A stretch of 64,000 nucleotides of DNA, from IMG/VR virus record IMGVR_UViG_3300023084_000010, positions 25,381-89,380 of that record; one strand, given 5' to 3'. Positions within the stretch are counted from its first letter, which is position 1. Every line of letters begins with the position of its first letter. This DNA comes from a virus. Positions 18,131-26,794 of this stretch are shown in pieces. Made by a program: the position numbers and the translations under genes. The notes below the pieces were generated by a model that saw nothing but the letters and a program-made list of their open reading frames with translations, was not told where the DNA came from and did no database searches.

Positions 18131-18542
18131 TTACTGATTTGTTATGTTCGTCGATTGCACGTTCTGCAGACTTGTAGTAGTTTTCATATGCTGCAATGAT
18201 TGCTTGTTGTTGCTGTACCATAGCACGTATGTCACTAAAATTTAACCCCAAGTTACCGTAGCCTTCACCTGTTAGTGCATATACTGCAAATGCACCATCG
18301 CTGGCTTTTAGTCTAGCAATTACTGCTTCTACGTTACCTTCGTTAATTACGACCCATTCTACATCACGCATACGCAGTTGATCTACTGGCGGTAGTGTTA
18401 AGTTAGGTTTTTGAATTGGTTCTGCTTTAATAATTACAGGCGGTTCGACAACAGGCTGACTATTGCCCAGACACCCGCTCAGGGTCATTACCAGGCCAAA
18501 GCCAAGGGCACTCTTTATTAAAAGCGATTTCGTTTTCTGCAT
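18123..18542 (-). CDS. o-spanin (Rz1-like outer-membrane lipoprotein)
   Basis: Signal peptide with LSGC lipobox, Pro-rich stretch, overlaps the 3' end of the i-spanin gene. Confidence 0.75.
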   Translation of the reverse strand: MQKTKSLLIKSALGFGLVMTLSGCLGNSQPVVEPPVIIKAEPIQKPNLTLPPVDQLRMRDVEWVVINEGNVEAVIARLKASDGAFAVYALTGEGYGNLGLNFSDIRAMVQQQQAIIAAYENYYKSAERAIDEHNKSVNE

Positions 18543-18945
18543 TTAATTCTTCCTCAGTTAACGGGCTTCCACTTAGAATCTCAAAACATCTGCCAGCATT
18601 TTCTGTACCTCTGTTTACTGCACGTTCAATACCTTCTGCATTTGCAATAGCGGCTGCTTCTAAATCAATCTTTTCTAGTTTATCTGCTAGTCTACGATTC
18701 TGATTTCTAATAGCAGTATATGCTTCTTGTAATGCTGCATTTTCTGCTGCGGCTGCTTCAAAGTCTTTTTGTAATTGCTCCATTGTTTCTTGTTGTGTAG
18801 CAATTGCTTGTTCTAGGTTTGCTTGATTTGCTTTTAGTGTAGCATTGTTTTCTTGTAGTATTTTCATACGTTCTTGGCTGTCATTGTAATACCAATATCC
18901 AATGCCGCCCATCATAAGAATAACAACTAATAATACTTTGCTCAT
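18460..18945 (-). CDS. i-spanin (Rz-like)
   Basis: N-terminal TM helix, long coiled coil, C-terminal Cys pair (GRCFE...KECP). Confidence 0.78.
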   Translation of the reverse strand: MSKVLLVVILMMGGIGYWYYNDSQERMKILQENNATLKANQANLEQAIATQQETMEQLQKDFEAAAAENAALQEAYTAIRNQNRRLADKLEKIDLEAAAIANAEGIERAVNRGTENAGRCFEILSGSPLTEEELNAENEIAFNKECPWLWPGNDPERVSGQ

Positions 18946-19163
18946 TACTTGTGCCTAAAAACTATACGACCTTTATCTAAATCGTACGGAGTCATCTCCA
19001 CATCTACACGATCGTCTTGCAATATATTAATGTTAAATCTTCTTATCTTACCACTAATAGTCGCAATTATTTGATGACCGTTTTCTAGTTCAACTTTGAA
19101 TAGTGCATTAGGAAGGCAATTAATTACTTTGCCTTGAAATACTAATACGTCTTCTTTTGCCAT
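18945..19163 (-). CDS. infA: Translation initiation factor IF-1
   Basis: 72 aa MAKED...[14 protein letters not shown]...ISGKIR...[14 protein letters not shown]. Confidence 0.96.
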   Translation of the reverse strand: MAKEDVLVFQGKVINCLPNALFKVELENGHQIIATISGKIRRFNINILQDDRVDVEMTPYDLDKGRIVFRHK

Positions 19164-19636
19164 TACAGCCCCGCTAGTTCCTTTACTCTTGATAGCGATT
19201 CGTTTGTTTCTTCGTTATTTGTATAACGTAACACATACTCTTCCGAATTGTCAAGAACTGTTTCAGCTAAATTTTCGGCTGTAAGATCCGCACTGTCTGT
19301 ACCTTTATAGTAACTGTATTTCCATTCTGTAATTGAAGTTGCTTGACTTGCAACTTTTACAATATTCATAATGTTTTCATATAAGTTTCCGTCACGCTCA
19401 AACTCAACAAATACCATATACTTGCCATCACCGTTTGGACCGTCTGATACATCTACGTCTAAACTTTCAGTAACATCTGTTTCAATCAAGTTACTTAAAT
19501 CTTTTGCTGGCTGTTCGAACGCAACTTCAAATGCTACAACTACAGTTTCGTTTGCTTCACCAATTTTAGGTTTGTATTGGTCAATACTAATTGTAGGAGT
19601 CACTAAGTTTGTCATTTCGCCGTATTTTACTGTCAT
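19163..19636 (-). CDS. Hypothetical protein ending in an RxxxLAGL motif
   Basis: 157 aa; C-terminus [12 protein letters not shown]; coupled to infA. Confidence 0.7.
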   Translation of the reverse strand: MTVKYGEMTNLVTPTISIDQYKPKIGEANETVVVAFEVAFEQPAKDLSNLIETDVTESLDVDVSDGPNGDGKYMVFVEFERDGNLYENIMNIVKVASQATSITEWKYSYYKGTDSADLTAENLAETVLDNSEEYVLRYTNNEETNESLSRVKELAGL

Positions 19637-19984
19637 TTACTTGTCCTCTGGAGCCATTTGCTTAATTTGTTGATAGGCTTTCTTAACTGTGCTCAGTCCT
19701 GATACGTTTCCGTAAGCTGATACTGATTTCCACAATTCATTTAATGCACTGTATTTTTCTGGTTCAATACCTGCATTATCCATGTCTTGCATAAGACCAC
19801 CTAAGATTTCAATTTGTTCGTCTGTAACTTCGCCTTCGTATTCTTTGGCAGTGTTAAACATATCCATGAGTGCTTCTAGTGCATTTTTTCTAACCGTACC
19901 TTGATCATACATGTCATCTGGGTCAAAGTTTACTTTGCGTTCCTCTATACCAGCTAATTTTTTAATTCTATTTAAATCTGTCAT
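19637..19984 (-). CDS. Hypothetical protein starting with an RxxxLAGI motif
   Basis: MTDLNRIKKLAGIEE. Confidence 0.65.
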   Translation of the reverse strand: MTDLNRIKKLAGIEERKVNFDPDDMYDQGTVRKNALEALMDMFNTAKEYEGEVTDEQIEILGGLMQDMDNAGIEPEKYSALNELWKSVSAYGNVSGLSTVKKAYQQIKQMAPEDK

Positions 19985-20523
19985 TCTATATCATCCATAA
20001 CATCTGTTTTATCTGGTGCAATTTCGTTATCATAATCGCTATCATATGCACTGTCAACATCGCTCATATCGATGTCAATGCCGTTAATTGTAACTTTCGA
20101 GCTTTCAAATTCATCAACAAAATCACGTGGCATTTCGATAGTTACCAACCAAACTTTGGTTTTCTTTTTCTTAGGTTTACGTTTGCCTGTTTTAGGATCA
20201 GGATCACCTAAGTCTTCTGGCTTAGTAATTTTAACTGGTTCAATCAATTCATCACGTTTATAAAATACTCTTGCACCGTGTTTAATTAGTCTTAGTGCTG
20301 CATCAGGATCTGGCATTAGTCGTTCCGGATACATCAGTGTTACTGTAATCCAATAGCGTGATACATCAGGACCAGCAATTACTTCACCGTATTCCCAATT
20401 TTTGTATGCATACATGTGCAAACTATCTAATACTTCTTCAAACTCAAGCAGAACACTCAAGTCACTGCTCGAATCGATTAGTTTATCTAATGTGTTTTTT
20501 AATTGTTCAATTTCTGTACTCAT
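19981..20523 (-). CDS. Hypothetical protein with acidic C-terminus
   Basis: 180 aa; first gene after TAAATA at 20532-20537. Confidence 0.7.
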   Translation of the reverse strand: MSTEIEQLKNTLDKLIDSSSDLSVLLEFEEVLDSLHMYAYKNWEYGEVIAGPDVSRYWITVTLMYPERLMPDPDAALRLIKHGARVFYKRDELIEPVKITKPEDLGDPDPKTGKRKPKKKKTKVWLVTIEMPRDFVDEFESSKVTINGIDIDMSDVDSAYDSDYDNEIAPDKTDVMDDIE

Positions 20524-20600
20524 CTTACTACTATTTAGTTCTTTTTAATAAATACTTTTGTAGACACATTGGGCGCAATCAACAAACAATGGAGTACTAC

Positions 20601-21314
20601 ATGGCCAAAAGAGCGAGAAAACAAAATAGCAGGAATTCATTCAACGATATGGTAGTAGAATTACAAACCTATCGTAAAAAGAAAATAACTATTTTACCAC
20701 GCAATGTACATCAGGAAGATTACATTGACTTATTAACTGATCCTCAAAAATCTATTGTATTTGCAACTGGACCAGCAGGCACGGGTAAAACTATGCTGGC
20801 AGTCCAAATGGGTATACAAAAGTATGATAGTGGTGAAATTAATAAAATAGTTGTCACGAGACCTGCTGTTAGCGTAGACGAACAACACGGATTCTTACCA
20901 GGTGATCTTAAAGATAAAATGGCACCCTGGACTAGACCTATCTTTGATGTTTTAGAAGAACATTGGACACCACAGCAAGTAGAACGTATGATTGAAAATA
21001 AAGAAATCGAAATTGCTCCACTTGCTTATATGCGTGGTAGAACATTTAAGGAGTGCTGGATAGTTGCAGATGAAATGCAAAACGCTACACCAGAGCAAAT
21101 GAAAATGTTACTAACACGTATTGGTACAGGATCTAAAATAGTTGTTACAGGAGACTTAGCACAACATGATAGAGGATACCAAAATAATGGTTTAAAAGAT
21201 TTTACCGAACGTTTAACCACTAATCACCACACCATCGGGTGTGTACATTTTACAAAACAGGACGTCGAACGACACCCTGCTGTAGTTGATGTTTTAAATA
21301 TTTACGGCGAGTAA
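20601..21314 (+). CDS. phoH: PhoH-family ATPase
   Basis: GPAGTGKT, TRPAV, GFLPG, LAYMRGRT, DEMQN, TGDLAQHD and VERHP motifs; start re-assigned to ATG 20601 (GGAG RBS, TAAATA at 20549). Confidence 0.93.
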   Translation: MAKRARKQNSRNSFNDMVVELQTYRKKKITILPRNVHQEDYIDLLTDPQKSIVFATGPAGTGKTMLAVQMGIQKYDSGEINKIVVTRPAVSVDEQHGFLPGDLKDKMAPWTRPIFDVLEEHWTPQQVERMIENKEIEIAPLAYMRGRTFKECWIVADEMQNATPEQMKMLLTRIGTGSKIVVTGDLAQHDRGYQNNGLKDFTERLTTNHHTIGCVHFTKQDVERHPAVVDVLNIYGE

Positions 21315-21887
21315 CTAAGACTTAATAATAGTATTATAAATTTGCGCCCAATTGTCTACTTGTGTTACACCGTCGTATTCAAAATTGGCATTGTGCTGGT
21401 GCCGCACAAGGATTGACTTTAACCCTAAGTCCGCACCGAGTCTTGCGTTTTCTGGCTTATCTTCCAACCACCACATTCCGCTATCTTTGTAAGGAGCAAG
21501 TGCTTCATCTTTGTCAGCACCAGTATCCAAACAAGTCACAAAGTCAAATACATCACCGAAATGTTTAATTAAGTTTTCTTTACGTAGTTGTCCAGCATAA
21601 GGATCCAAGCTCAAGCTAGTAATAGCACCAAACCGATAACCAGCATCTGCTAGCATTTGGACACCTTCTACTGCATCCCGTAAAGGATTCAAACAACACA
21701 TCCAAGCACTGTTGTTGTATTCACGTACTAGCTCTTTTACATGCTCTTTACGCTGATTGTAAACAACATGCATATCGTAACTAGCAATAGCATTCCGAAC
21801 AAAGCCTTTAGACTCCATCCAATCATGAAAGCCAGTTTCCCAATCAAGCATTACGCCGTCAATATCAGTGAGGATTAATTTTGTCAT
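21315..21887 (-). CDS. HAD-superfamily 5'(3')-nucleotidase-like protein
   Basis: LTDIDGVMLDW (DxD motif), WLEDKPENA. Confidence 0.8.
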   Translation of the reverse strand: MTKLILTDIDGVMLDWETGFHDWMESKGFVRNAIASYDMHVVYNQRKEHVKELVREYNNSAWMCCLNPLRDAVEGVQMLADAGYRFGAITSLSLDPYAGQLRKENLIKHFGDVFDFVTCLDTGADKDEALAPYKDSGMWWLEDKPENARLGADLGLKSILVRHQHNANFEYDGVTQVDNWAQIYNTIIKS

Positions 21888-21918
21888 TTTTATCTTTCTT
21901 TTCTCAACTTACATATAT

Positions 21919-21947
21919 AATATAAGGCATCTTGGTACAAATGTCAA
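21919..21947 (-). promoter_or_regulatory. Early sigma70 promoter with CCAAGATGCCTT box
   Basis: TTGACA-TTTGTACCAAGATGCCT-TATATT. Confidence 0.8.
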
Positions 21948-22270
21948 GAGCTTTTTTCATCTTTTTTGCATTGCTCTCCTATAAGTGTAATAATTGCATC
22001 TTCGAGTGTATTCACTTCTTCTTTAAGACATTCGATTTCTTTAACTTGTTTTGTACTAGTGAATGCCCAAACAAGAGCAATAACCCATGCAATAAAACTC
22101 CATCCTAAAAATACGTTTAGGATAAAGATAGCCAATGTATTATAGTGTCCACGATTCCATGCAACAAACGCTGGAAGAAAGTAAAGCATTACAAGCATTA
22201 AAACTAAAACAAAAATACCAACAATTGTTGCGTACGGAGTTAATGCTAACATTGTCAATTGGTCTAACAT
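21944..22270 (-). CDS. imm: Superinfection immunity protein (T4 Imm-like)
   Basis: YFLP..A..R.H.N..AIF.LN.FLGW...W..ALVWA signature. Confidence 0.85.
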   Translation of the reverse strand: MLDQLTMLALTPYATIVGIFVLVLMLVMLYFLPAFVAWNRGHYNTLAIFILNVFLGWSFIAWVIALVWAFTSTKQVKEIECLKEEVNTLEDAIITLIGEQCKKDEKSS

Positions 22271-22299
22271 ATTCTTTCCTTTTCTCTGTCTACACTTAT

Positions 22300-22328
22300 A
22301 ATATAGTGTAAGATGTCTTGGATGTCAA
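22300..22328 (-). promoter_or_regulatory. Early sigma70 promoter with CCAAGACATCTT box
   Basis: TTGACA-TCCAAGACATCTTACAC-TATATT. Confidence 0.8.
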
Positions 22329-22528
22329 GAGCCTTCCATCATTTTTTTACACTGTAGAATAATCTTTTTTTCTGTATCAGTATAATGTTCCCACCGTTTA
22401 CTAAATGGAGTATCCATCTCAGTTAGTTCTTCACCGAGGTAACTCAGCATGTTGGCCAAGGCATAATTATCTCCTGTTTTATAAGTTAGATCCATCATAT
22501 AACGACCAAGTGCAGGTGCTGTTACCAT
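22325..22528 (-). CDS. Hypothetical early protein
   Basis: 67 aa ORF in a tightly packed early cluster. Confidence 0.6.
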   Translation of the reverse strand: MVTAPALGRYMMDLTYKTGDNYALANMLSYLGEELTEMDTPFSKRWEHYTDTEKKIILQCKKMMEGS

Positions 22529-22812
22529 GTTTGTGCTTCCACTTCTTTAAATTGTAAATCATGACGGCCCATAGTGCCAACTAGTGCATGGTGCTCGCCT
22601 TCGTCGATTGCGTAAATCATTGCACTGCGAATTCTATTAGGTTCTTGCAGTGTAATTTTGCTGTATGCTACAGCCATTTCTAAGTTATCAAAACTCTGAT
22701 ACACACGACTGCTTTTGCCTGGTTGAAACATAACAACGTTGTACGCAACAGCGTTCGAACGAATTGTATGTTCCCAAGCATCCATAGGTTTTAGTTCACC
22801 ACGTTTAGCCAT
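22522..22812 (-). CDS. Hypothetical early protein
   Basis: 96 aa; TAATG coupling to the upstream gene. Confidence 0.65.
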   Translation of the reverse strand: MAKRGELKPMDAWEHTIRSNAVAYNVVMFQPGKSSRVYQSFDNLEMAVAYSKITLQEPNRIRSAMIYAIDEGEHHALVGTMGRHDLQFKEVEAQTW

Positions 22813-23048
22813 TATACATCCATTTCAAGTTGAGTGTTCATTAGTTCTACAGGCTGTTCAGCAATAACTTTTTCAACAGCTTCGTCCCACGCTTCGTAAT
22901 ACGCTTCGTCGTCTTTAAAAAACTTGTTTACTCCGCTCATATAGCAATCCGAATCAACAAAGTTCCAGTTGATAGAACCATCATAGTCAATGTTCTCTGG
23001 GTTAGCTGCTGCTTCACGAACTTGTGCTTCTACTAGTGAGTAAATCAT
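22812..23048 (-). CDS. Hypothetical acidic early protein
   Basis: 78 aa; GAGG RBS directly after a promoter. Confidence 0.7.
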   Translation of the reverse strand: MIYSLVEAQVREAAANPENIDYDGSINWNFVDSDCYMSGVNKFFKDDEAYYEAWDEAVEKVIAEQPVELMNTQLEMDV

Positions 23049-23076
23049 TGTGTACCTCTTTATTGCTTACATATAT

Positions 23077-23105
23077 AATATAAGCATGATGTCTTGGTTT
23101 GTCAA
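23077..23105 (-). promoter_or_regulatory. Early sigma70 promoter with CCAAGACATCAT box
   Basis: TTGACA-AACCAAGACATCATGCT-TATATT, with an A/T tract upstream. Confidence 0.8.
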
Positions 23106-23126
23106 GTCTTTTTTTAAAAAAAGATG

Positions 23127-23324
23127 TCAAATTCCTAAAATTCTTTCAACTTTTTCTTGGAGACCTTTATGAGGATTTTTTTGCAAATGATCCGCAACTT
23201 GCTCAAAGTAAAATGCACTATCATCATCACCGTTTGCAGTGAGTTTGTTTGCACTAGTTTGAAAAAAATCAATAAGCTCTTTGATGCCTACACGACCGTC
23301 TGTGGGTGCTTTAGTTTTCATCAT
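23127..23324 (-). CDS. Hypothetical protein
   Basis: 65 aa ORF. Confidence 0.55.
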   Translation of the reverse strand: MMKTKAPTDGRVGIKELIDFFQTSANKLTANGDDDSAFYFEQVADHLQKNPHKGLQEKVERILGI

Positions 23325-23646
23325 TGATCAATGTACTCCATTTTTTAAGTTTGTTACGTTTTACATCTGCACGATCGTACAGTTCTTTCCAATCAAATAA
23401 ATTGTGTTCACTTAATAGTTCTAACATACACAATACATCGCCGGCTTCTTCAACTAATAATTCACGGAACTTATCGCTTTCAATGCCTTCGAGTGAATTA
23501 TACTTTCGCATAATCTTCATACAGACTTGTGTAAGTTCACCACATTCTTCTGCAGTAATTGCCATTAATTGTTGGATATCATTTATCGGTGAGTTCAGGT
23601 GTATGTTGCTGGTCATCATCATCTTCCACAAATTGTTCATCTTCAA
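23311..23646 (-). CDS. MazG-like nucleotide pyrophosphohydrolase (start uncertain)
   Basis: EECGEL...EEAGDVL all-alpha NTP-PPase acidic motifs. Confidence 0.75.
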   Translation of the reverse strand: MKMNNLWKMMMTSNIHLNSPINDIQQLMAITAEECGELTQVCMKIMRKYNSLEGIESDKFRELLVEEAGDVLCMLELLSEHNLFDWKELYDRADVKRNKLKKWSTLINDEN

Positions 23647-23731
23647 TCATCTGAAATGCTCGCTCAAACAGCGGATGATTGTAGTTTTGCAAGATTTCTG
23701 CAATACTAGTATCAAGTTCACTTATCTTCAA
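23579..23731 (-). CDS. Small acidic protein (50 aa), not in the ORF track
   Basis: TTG start after GGAGG; MKISELDTSIAEILQNYNHPLFERAFQMIEDEQFVEDDDD; fills the gap between neighbours. Confidence 0.45.
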   Translation of the reverse strand: MKISELDTSIAEILQNYNHPLFERAFQMIEDEQFVEDDDDQQHTPELTDK

Positions 23732-23966
23732 TCTTGCCTCCAAGTTTTTTAATAATTTGTTTTTCTCTGCGAAGTTCGTGTAAATCTTCTTCTATTTTAC
23801 CGTATGTACTACAATTCTTTAATTTATCTTCTACATACCAATATATTGAATATAAATCTTCTTTGCAGCGCCATGTAACATAACCGTCCATACGAGGATC
23901 TGATTCAGCCCAAGCGATACGATCTACTTGGGCTTTGATCTCTGCTATGGACCAGTCTTTAATCAT
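23718..23966 (-). CDS. Hypothetical protein
   Basis: 82 aa; ATGA coupling. Confidence 0.65.
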   Translation of the reverse strand: MIKDWSIAEIKAQVDRIAWAESDPRMDGYVTWRCKEDLYSIYWYVEDKLKNCSTYGKIEEDLHELRREKQIIKKLGGKIEDK

Positions 23967-24145
23967 ACAGGAACGTTATCGAACATGTCTTCTACATCAG
24001 CTTCAAACTTTGCTGCTTCATGTTCTTTACGAGCAAGCATACGTATAAGTGAATGACGTGCTGCACGTTTTTCATCTGACGCACCTTCTTCCCATGCAAT
24101 TAGGACGTCTTTAAGAGTTTCGATATCTTGAAAAAGTTCTGTCAT
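23963..24145 (-). CDS. Hypothetical protein
   Basis: Start re-assigned to MTELFQD (ATG 24145, GAGG RBS) downstream of the promoter at 24175-24203. Confidence 0.6.
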   Translation of the reverse strand: MTELFQDIETLKDVLIAWEEGASDEKRAARHSLIRMLARKEHEAAKFEADVEDMFDNVPV

Positions 24146-24174
24146 GTTAGCCTCTTGTTGATTGCCATAAATTA

Positions 24175-24203
24175 TGTATAACGCATCTTCCGTCAAGTGT
24201 CAA
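24175..24203 (-). promoter_or_regulatory. Probable early sigma70 promoter with a degenerate box
   Basis: TTGACA-CTTGACGGAAGATGCGT-TATACA. Confidence 0.5.
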
Positions 24204-24550
24204 CCTTTAAGATATTTTGGACCAGTCCAGTTAATGCTAAAACTTTCAAACACGTTACCACGTGCAACATTTGTTGCAGGAGCATTCCATCCTGCTGCTT
24301 TTAAGATGTCGCCTTTTTTAAACTTAGGACCATCTTCTTTAACAACAAATCCCCAAACACAGCCGTTGTTCTCTTTGGTAATCTTAATATACTTTTTACC
24401 TTCTGAATAGCCAATGCCTGATTCAAATGCATCTACCATATTTTGTTGTACCGTTGTGTACTCATCATCTCGTAACATCCAATCACGATAGTCAGTTTTG
24501 ATTGCTTCGATAAGAACTTCAACGCCAGTTTTAATATCAGTGATTTGCAT
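24200..24550 (-). CDS. Conserved-type phage early protein
   Basis: KKYIKI, VWGFV and GDILKAAGWNAPATNVARGNVF motifs, familiar from T4-like phage hypothetical proteins. Confidence 0.7.
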   Translation of the reverse strand: MQITDIKTGVEVLIEAIKTDYRDWMLRDDEYTTVQQNMVDAFESGIGYSEGKKYIKITKENNGCVWGFVVKEDGPKFKKGDILKAAGWNAPATNVARGNVFESFSINWTGPKYLKG

Positions 24551-24579
24551 AGTAACCTCTTTTCTCTGTCTACACTTAT

Positions 24580-24608
24580 AATATAAGTATGATGTCTTGG
24601 TTTGTCAA
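24580..24608 (-). promoter_or_regulatory. Early sigma70 promoter with CCAAGACATCAT box
   Basis: TTGACA-AACCAAGACATCATACT-TATATT; shares 25 identical bp of -10/leader with the 22300 promoter. Confidence 0.8.
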
Positions 24609-24616
24609 CACCTAAA

Positions 24617-24904
24617 TCAATCTTTTTTTAGATTTTCTTTGATATCTTCGAGGGCGCCTTCGACACGACTGGGATAGTCGCCAAGATAGGTTCCGGCTTG
24701 TAAGTCATCAACATTAATAAGGTGCTTGTGAAAATGATCAATGTCATCCCATCTCTCCAACATAGTTTTACTCATAGCGTCGAAGAACGCATCACTGAGT
24801 ATAGGTTCATCTTTTTTGTAGTACGCATATGCTGCTATTAAGTACCATGGTACCATCATGTTTATGTTTTCAGCAAACAATTCTGCTGCGTGGTCATCTA
24901 ACAT
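24617..24904 (-). CDS. Stand-alone protein resembling domain Ia of NAD+-dependent DNA ligase
   Basis: AYAYYKKDEPILSDAFFD resembles LigA YY..D.P.(I/V)SD.EYD; no KxDG adenylation domain. Confidence 0.55.
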   Translation of the reverse strand: MLDDHAAELFAENINMMVPWYLIAAYAYYKKDEPILSDAFFDAMSKTMLERWDDIDHFHKHLINVDDLQAGTYLGDYPSRVEGALEDIKENLKKD

Positions 24905-25128
24905 TTGATGCCCATTTTACGTAACATATCCTGTGCCATGCTTACATCAGACTCGGCAGGTTGTTCTAGTAATTGGTCGATAACCATTTCTTGCAGTGTA
25001 ACAGCCATTTTAAAATCTTCTTCGCTGAGAGATTTCATCCATTCTAGTACTTCATCAGTTGTATCAAATGACCACAACTTATCTAACATTTCTACTTGCT
25101 TAGTAGTCAATCCTTCAATACGTATCAT
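24898..25128 (-). CDS. Hypothetical protein
   Basis: 76 aa ORF. Confidence 0.6.
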   Translation of the reverse strand: MIRIEGLTTKQVEMLDKLWSFDTTDEVLEWMKSLSEEDFKMAVTLQEMVIDQLLEQPAESDVSMAQDMLRKMGIKC

Positions 25129-25137
25129 ACTAGAGTC

Positions 25138-25680
25138 CTATTCAAATAAGTTTGGAGCAGAGTTTTCTTGAACAAATAAATCAGGAAACTGGTTTTTTGG
25201 AATATCTTCATCTGCTGCAGATGTTTTTGTTCCGTCCAAATAAAAGTTAATAGCCTGAATATTTAAATTAAAGTTATCGACTGCAACTTCTGCAATAGAA
25301 TATACAGTATCGACTATTTCATTGTCAGCTACATTAAACAATTCTTTTTGACCTTGACTGCCTGGTACATGTTTATCTGCTAGTACTTTATGTGCTATTT
25401 CTTCAATTTCGTGAGTTTCTTTGTTAGTAGAAACAATAATTTCTGCATAGATTCTAAAATCGACGCCTGGTTGGTTACGACCACGCATTAATGCAGTTTT
25501 GAATTTACCTCTTCCGACTTTAAGTAATCCACGTGCAGTGATTCCTGTTTCGAAATCATCGACGTGTACCCTACCGAAGTATAAAAGAAATTCTTCGTTT
25601 CCTTTTGCTTCCATATTAGACGCAGTATAGCCTTCGCTTATACGCTGTTGTCTTGCTTGTTGGTAACCTAAACCTTGCAT
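25138..25680 (-). CDS. Putative GIY-YIG/T5orf172-like nuclease-domain protein
   Basis: LYF...LKVG...HEIEEIAHKVL...KELF pattern. Confidence 0.5.
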   Translation of the reverse strand: MQGLGYQQARQQRISEGYTASNMEAKGNEEFLLYFGRVHVDDFETGITARGLLKVGRGKFKTALMRGRNQPGVDFRIYAEIIVSTNKETHEIEEIAHKVLADKHVPGSQGQKELFNVADNEIVDTVYSIAEVAVDNFNLNIQAINFYLDGTKTSAADEDIPKNQFPDLFVQENSAPNLFE

Positions 25681-25682
25681 TA

Positions 25683-26048
25683 TTATGATCCCATTACTAG
25701 TTCAAAACCATTTTCGAGAGTAGCATCGAAGTCTTCGATGTAAGTATGCCAGTCGCCTTGTTGCTTTGCTTGTTGAAAGCAAGACTCTGCAGCACGCCAA
25801 AAGTCACGCACTGTGCCACCGGCAGTGAAAGCACTAACTTCTACCCAAGCAGTGTCATTTTGAATTTCTTCCATTGTAGCATCGCCACGAATGAAACGAT
25901 AAAACACACGATGACTTTTTTCTTGGAAGATTGTTTGGTCAATGTTATCGGCTTCCCAAATGCTCCAAGTAGTTTCAAAGCCTTGATCTGCTTGTTGTGC
26001 ATCCCAATATTCAATTGTTTGCATTGTGTTATCAACTGCTACTGTCAT
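25683..26048 (-). CDS. Hypothetical acidic early protein
   Basis: 121 aa; GGAG RBS after the promoter at 26081-26109. Confidence 0.7.
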   Translation of the reverse strand: MTVAVDNTMQTIEYWDAQQADQGFETTWSIWEADNIDQTIFQEKSHRVFYRFIRGDATMEEIQNDTAWVEVSAFTAGGTVRDFWRAAESCFQQAKQQGDWHTYIEDFDATLENGFELVMGS

Positions 26049-26080
26049 TTGGTATCTCCGTTTAACTAACTTACATATAT

Positions 26081-26109
26081 AATATAAGACATCTTGGTAC
26101 GAATGTCAA
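26081..26109 (-). promoter_or_regulatory. Early sigma70 promoter with CCAAGATGTCTT box
   Basis: TTGACA-TTCGTACCAAGATGTCT-TATATT. Confidence 0.8.
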
Positions 26110-26144
26110 TAGAAAACGCAAAAAAAGAATCCTGCGTTTTCAAT
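26103..26144. repeat. 42-bp hairpin/-35 direct repeat, copy 1 (PeSL-like)
   Basis: atgtcaatagaaaacgcaaaaaaagaatcctgcgttttcaat, identical at 26788-26829; contains the GAAAACGCA/TGCGTTTTC inverted repeat and TTGACA. Confidence 0.9.
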
Positions 26145-26154
26145 AGTTTATAAT

Positions 26155-26733
26155 TTATTTTGCAGCATGATATGTATTGTAAACATACTGCCACATTTGG
26201 CTAATGTTCTCTACCTGGCTATCTAATTTTAAAACAGCACGTGCAACAATGTTTGATTCTGCATCAATATGTTTTGCTGAATAAAAACAATCTTGCAACA
26301 TGTTTAGTGCATGTGTTTTAACTTGAGCATAACGCAAGTTTTCGAGTTTTGTTGCTTTCCATTTTTTTCCTGCATACTTACCGGTTTGGATACGACAAGT
26401 ATTAGAACGTGAACAGCAAGTATAACCTTGATCTTCTAATAGGTCTTTATAGATTTTGTAGTTTTCTTCTAATTCTTTTTTGGATACGTGATCCAATTCT
26501 ACGTAATCTACTACCCAGTCATTGATGTTAGTGTTAGCTAACACACGGTAAAAAGAAGTAGTTGCACCCGATTGTGCAGAATCTTTTCCGCTAAGTGCAT
26601 ATGCTGCTTTGGAAAAGGCATTAGCAATGTTTACATTTTTCTTAAACTGTTCTTGTTTTGTAGCCCAAATGTGATATAATTTTTGTTGGTCATTAACAAA
26701 AACACAAAGTGTATGTGGAAGTTTGACGGTCAT
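26155..26733 (-). CDS. Hypothetical protein flanked by 42-bp direct repeats
   Basis: 192 aa; GAGG RBS; own promoter. Confidence 0.7.
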   Translation of the reverse strand: MTVKLPHTLCVFVNDQQKLYHIWATKQEQFKKNVNIANAFSKAAYALSGKDSAQSGATTSFYRVLANTNINDWVVDYVELDHVSKKELEENYKIYKDLLEDQGYTCCSRSNTCRIQTGKYAGKKWKATKLENLRYAQVKTHALNMLQDCFYSAKHIDAESNIVARAVLKLDSQVENISQMWQYVYNTYHAAK

Positions 26734-26765
26734 ATTATTACCTCATTTCTAACGCTTACATATAT

Positions 26766-26794
26766 AATATAAGCATGACATCTCGGTATGTCAA
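26766..26794 (-). promoter_or_regulatory. Early sigma70 promoter with CCGAGATGTCAT box
   Basis: TTGACA-TACCGAGATGTCATGCT-TATATT. Confidence 0.8.

Noticed and set aside
20358-20600. 81-aa N-terminal extension of PhoH in the ORF track
   Set aside because: Overlaps the divergent gene 19981..20523; the late promoter and GGAG RBS point to ATG 20601
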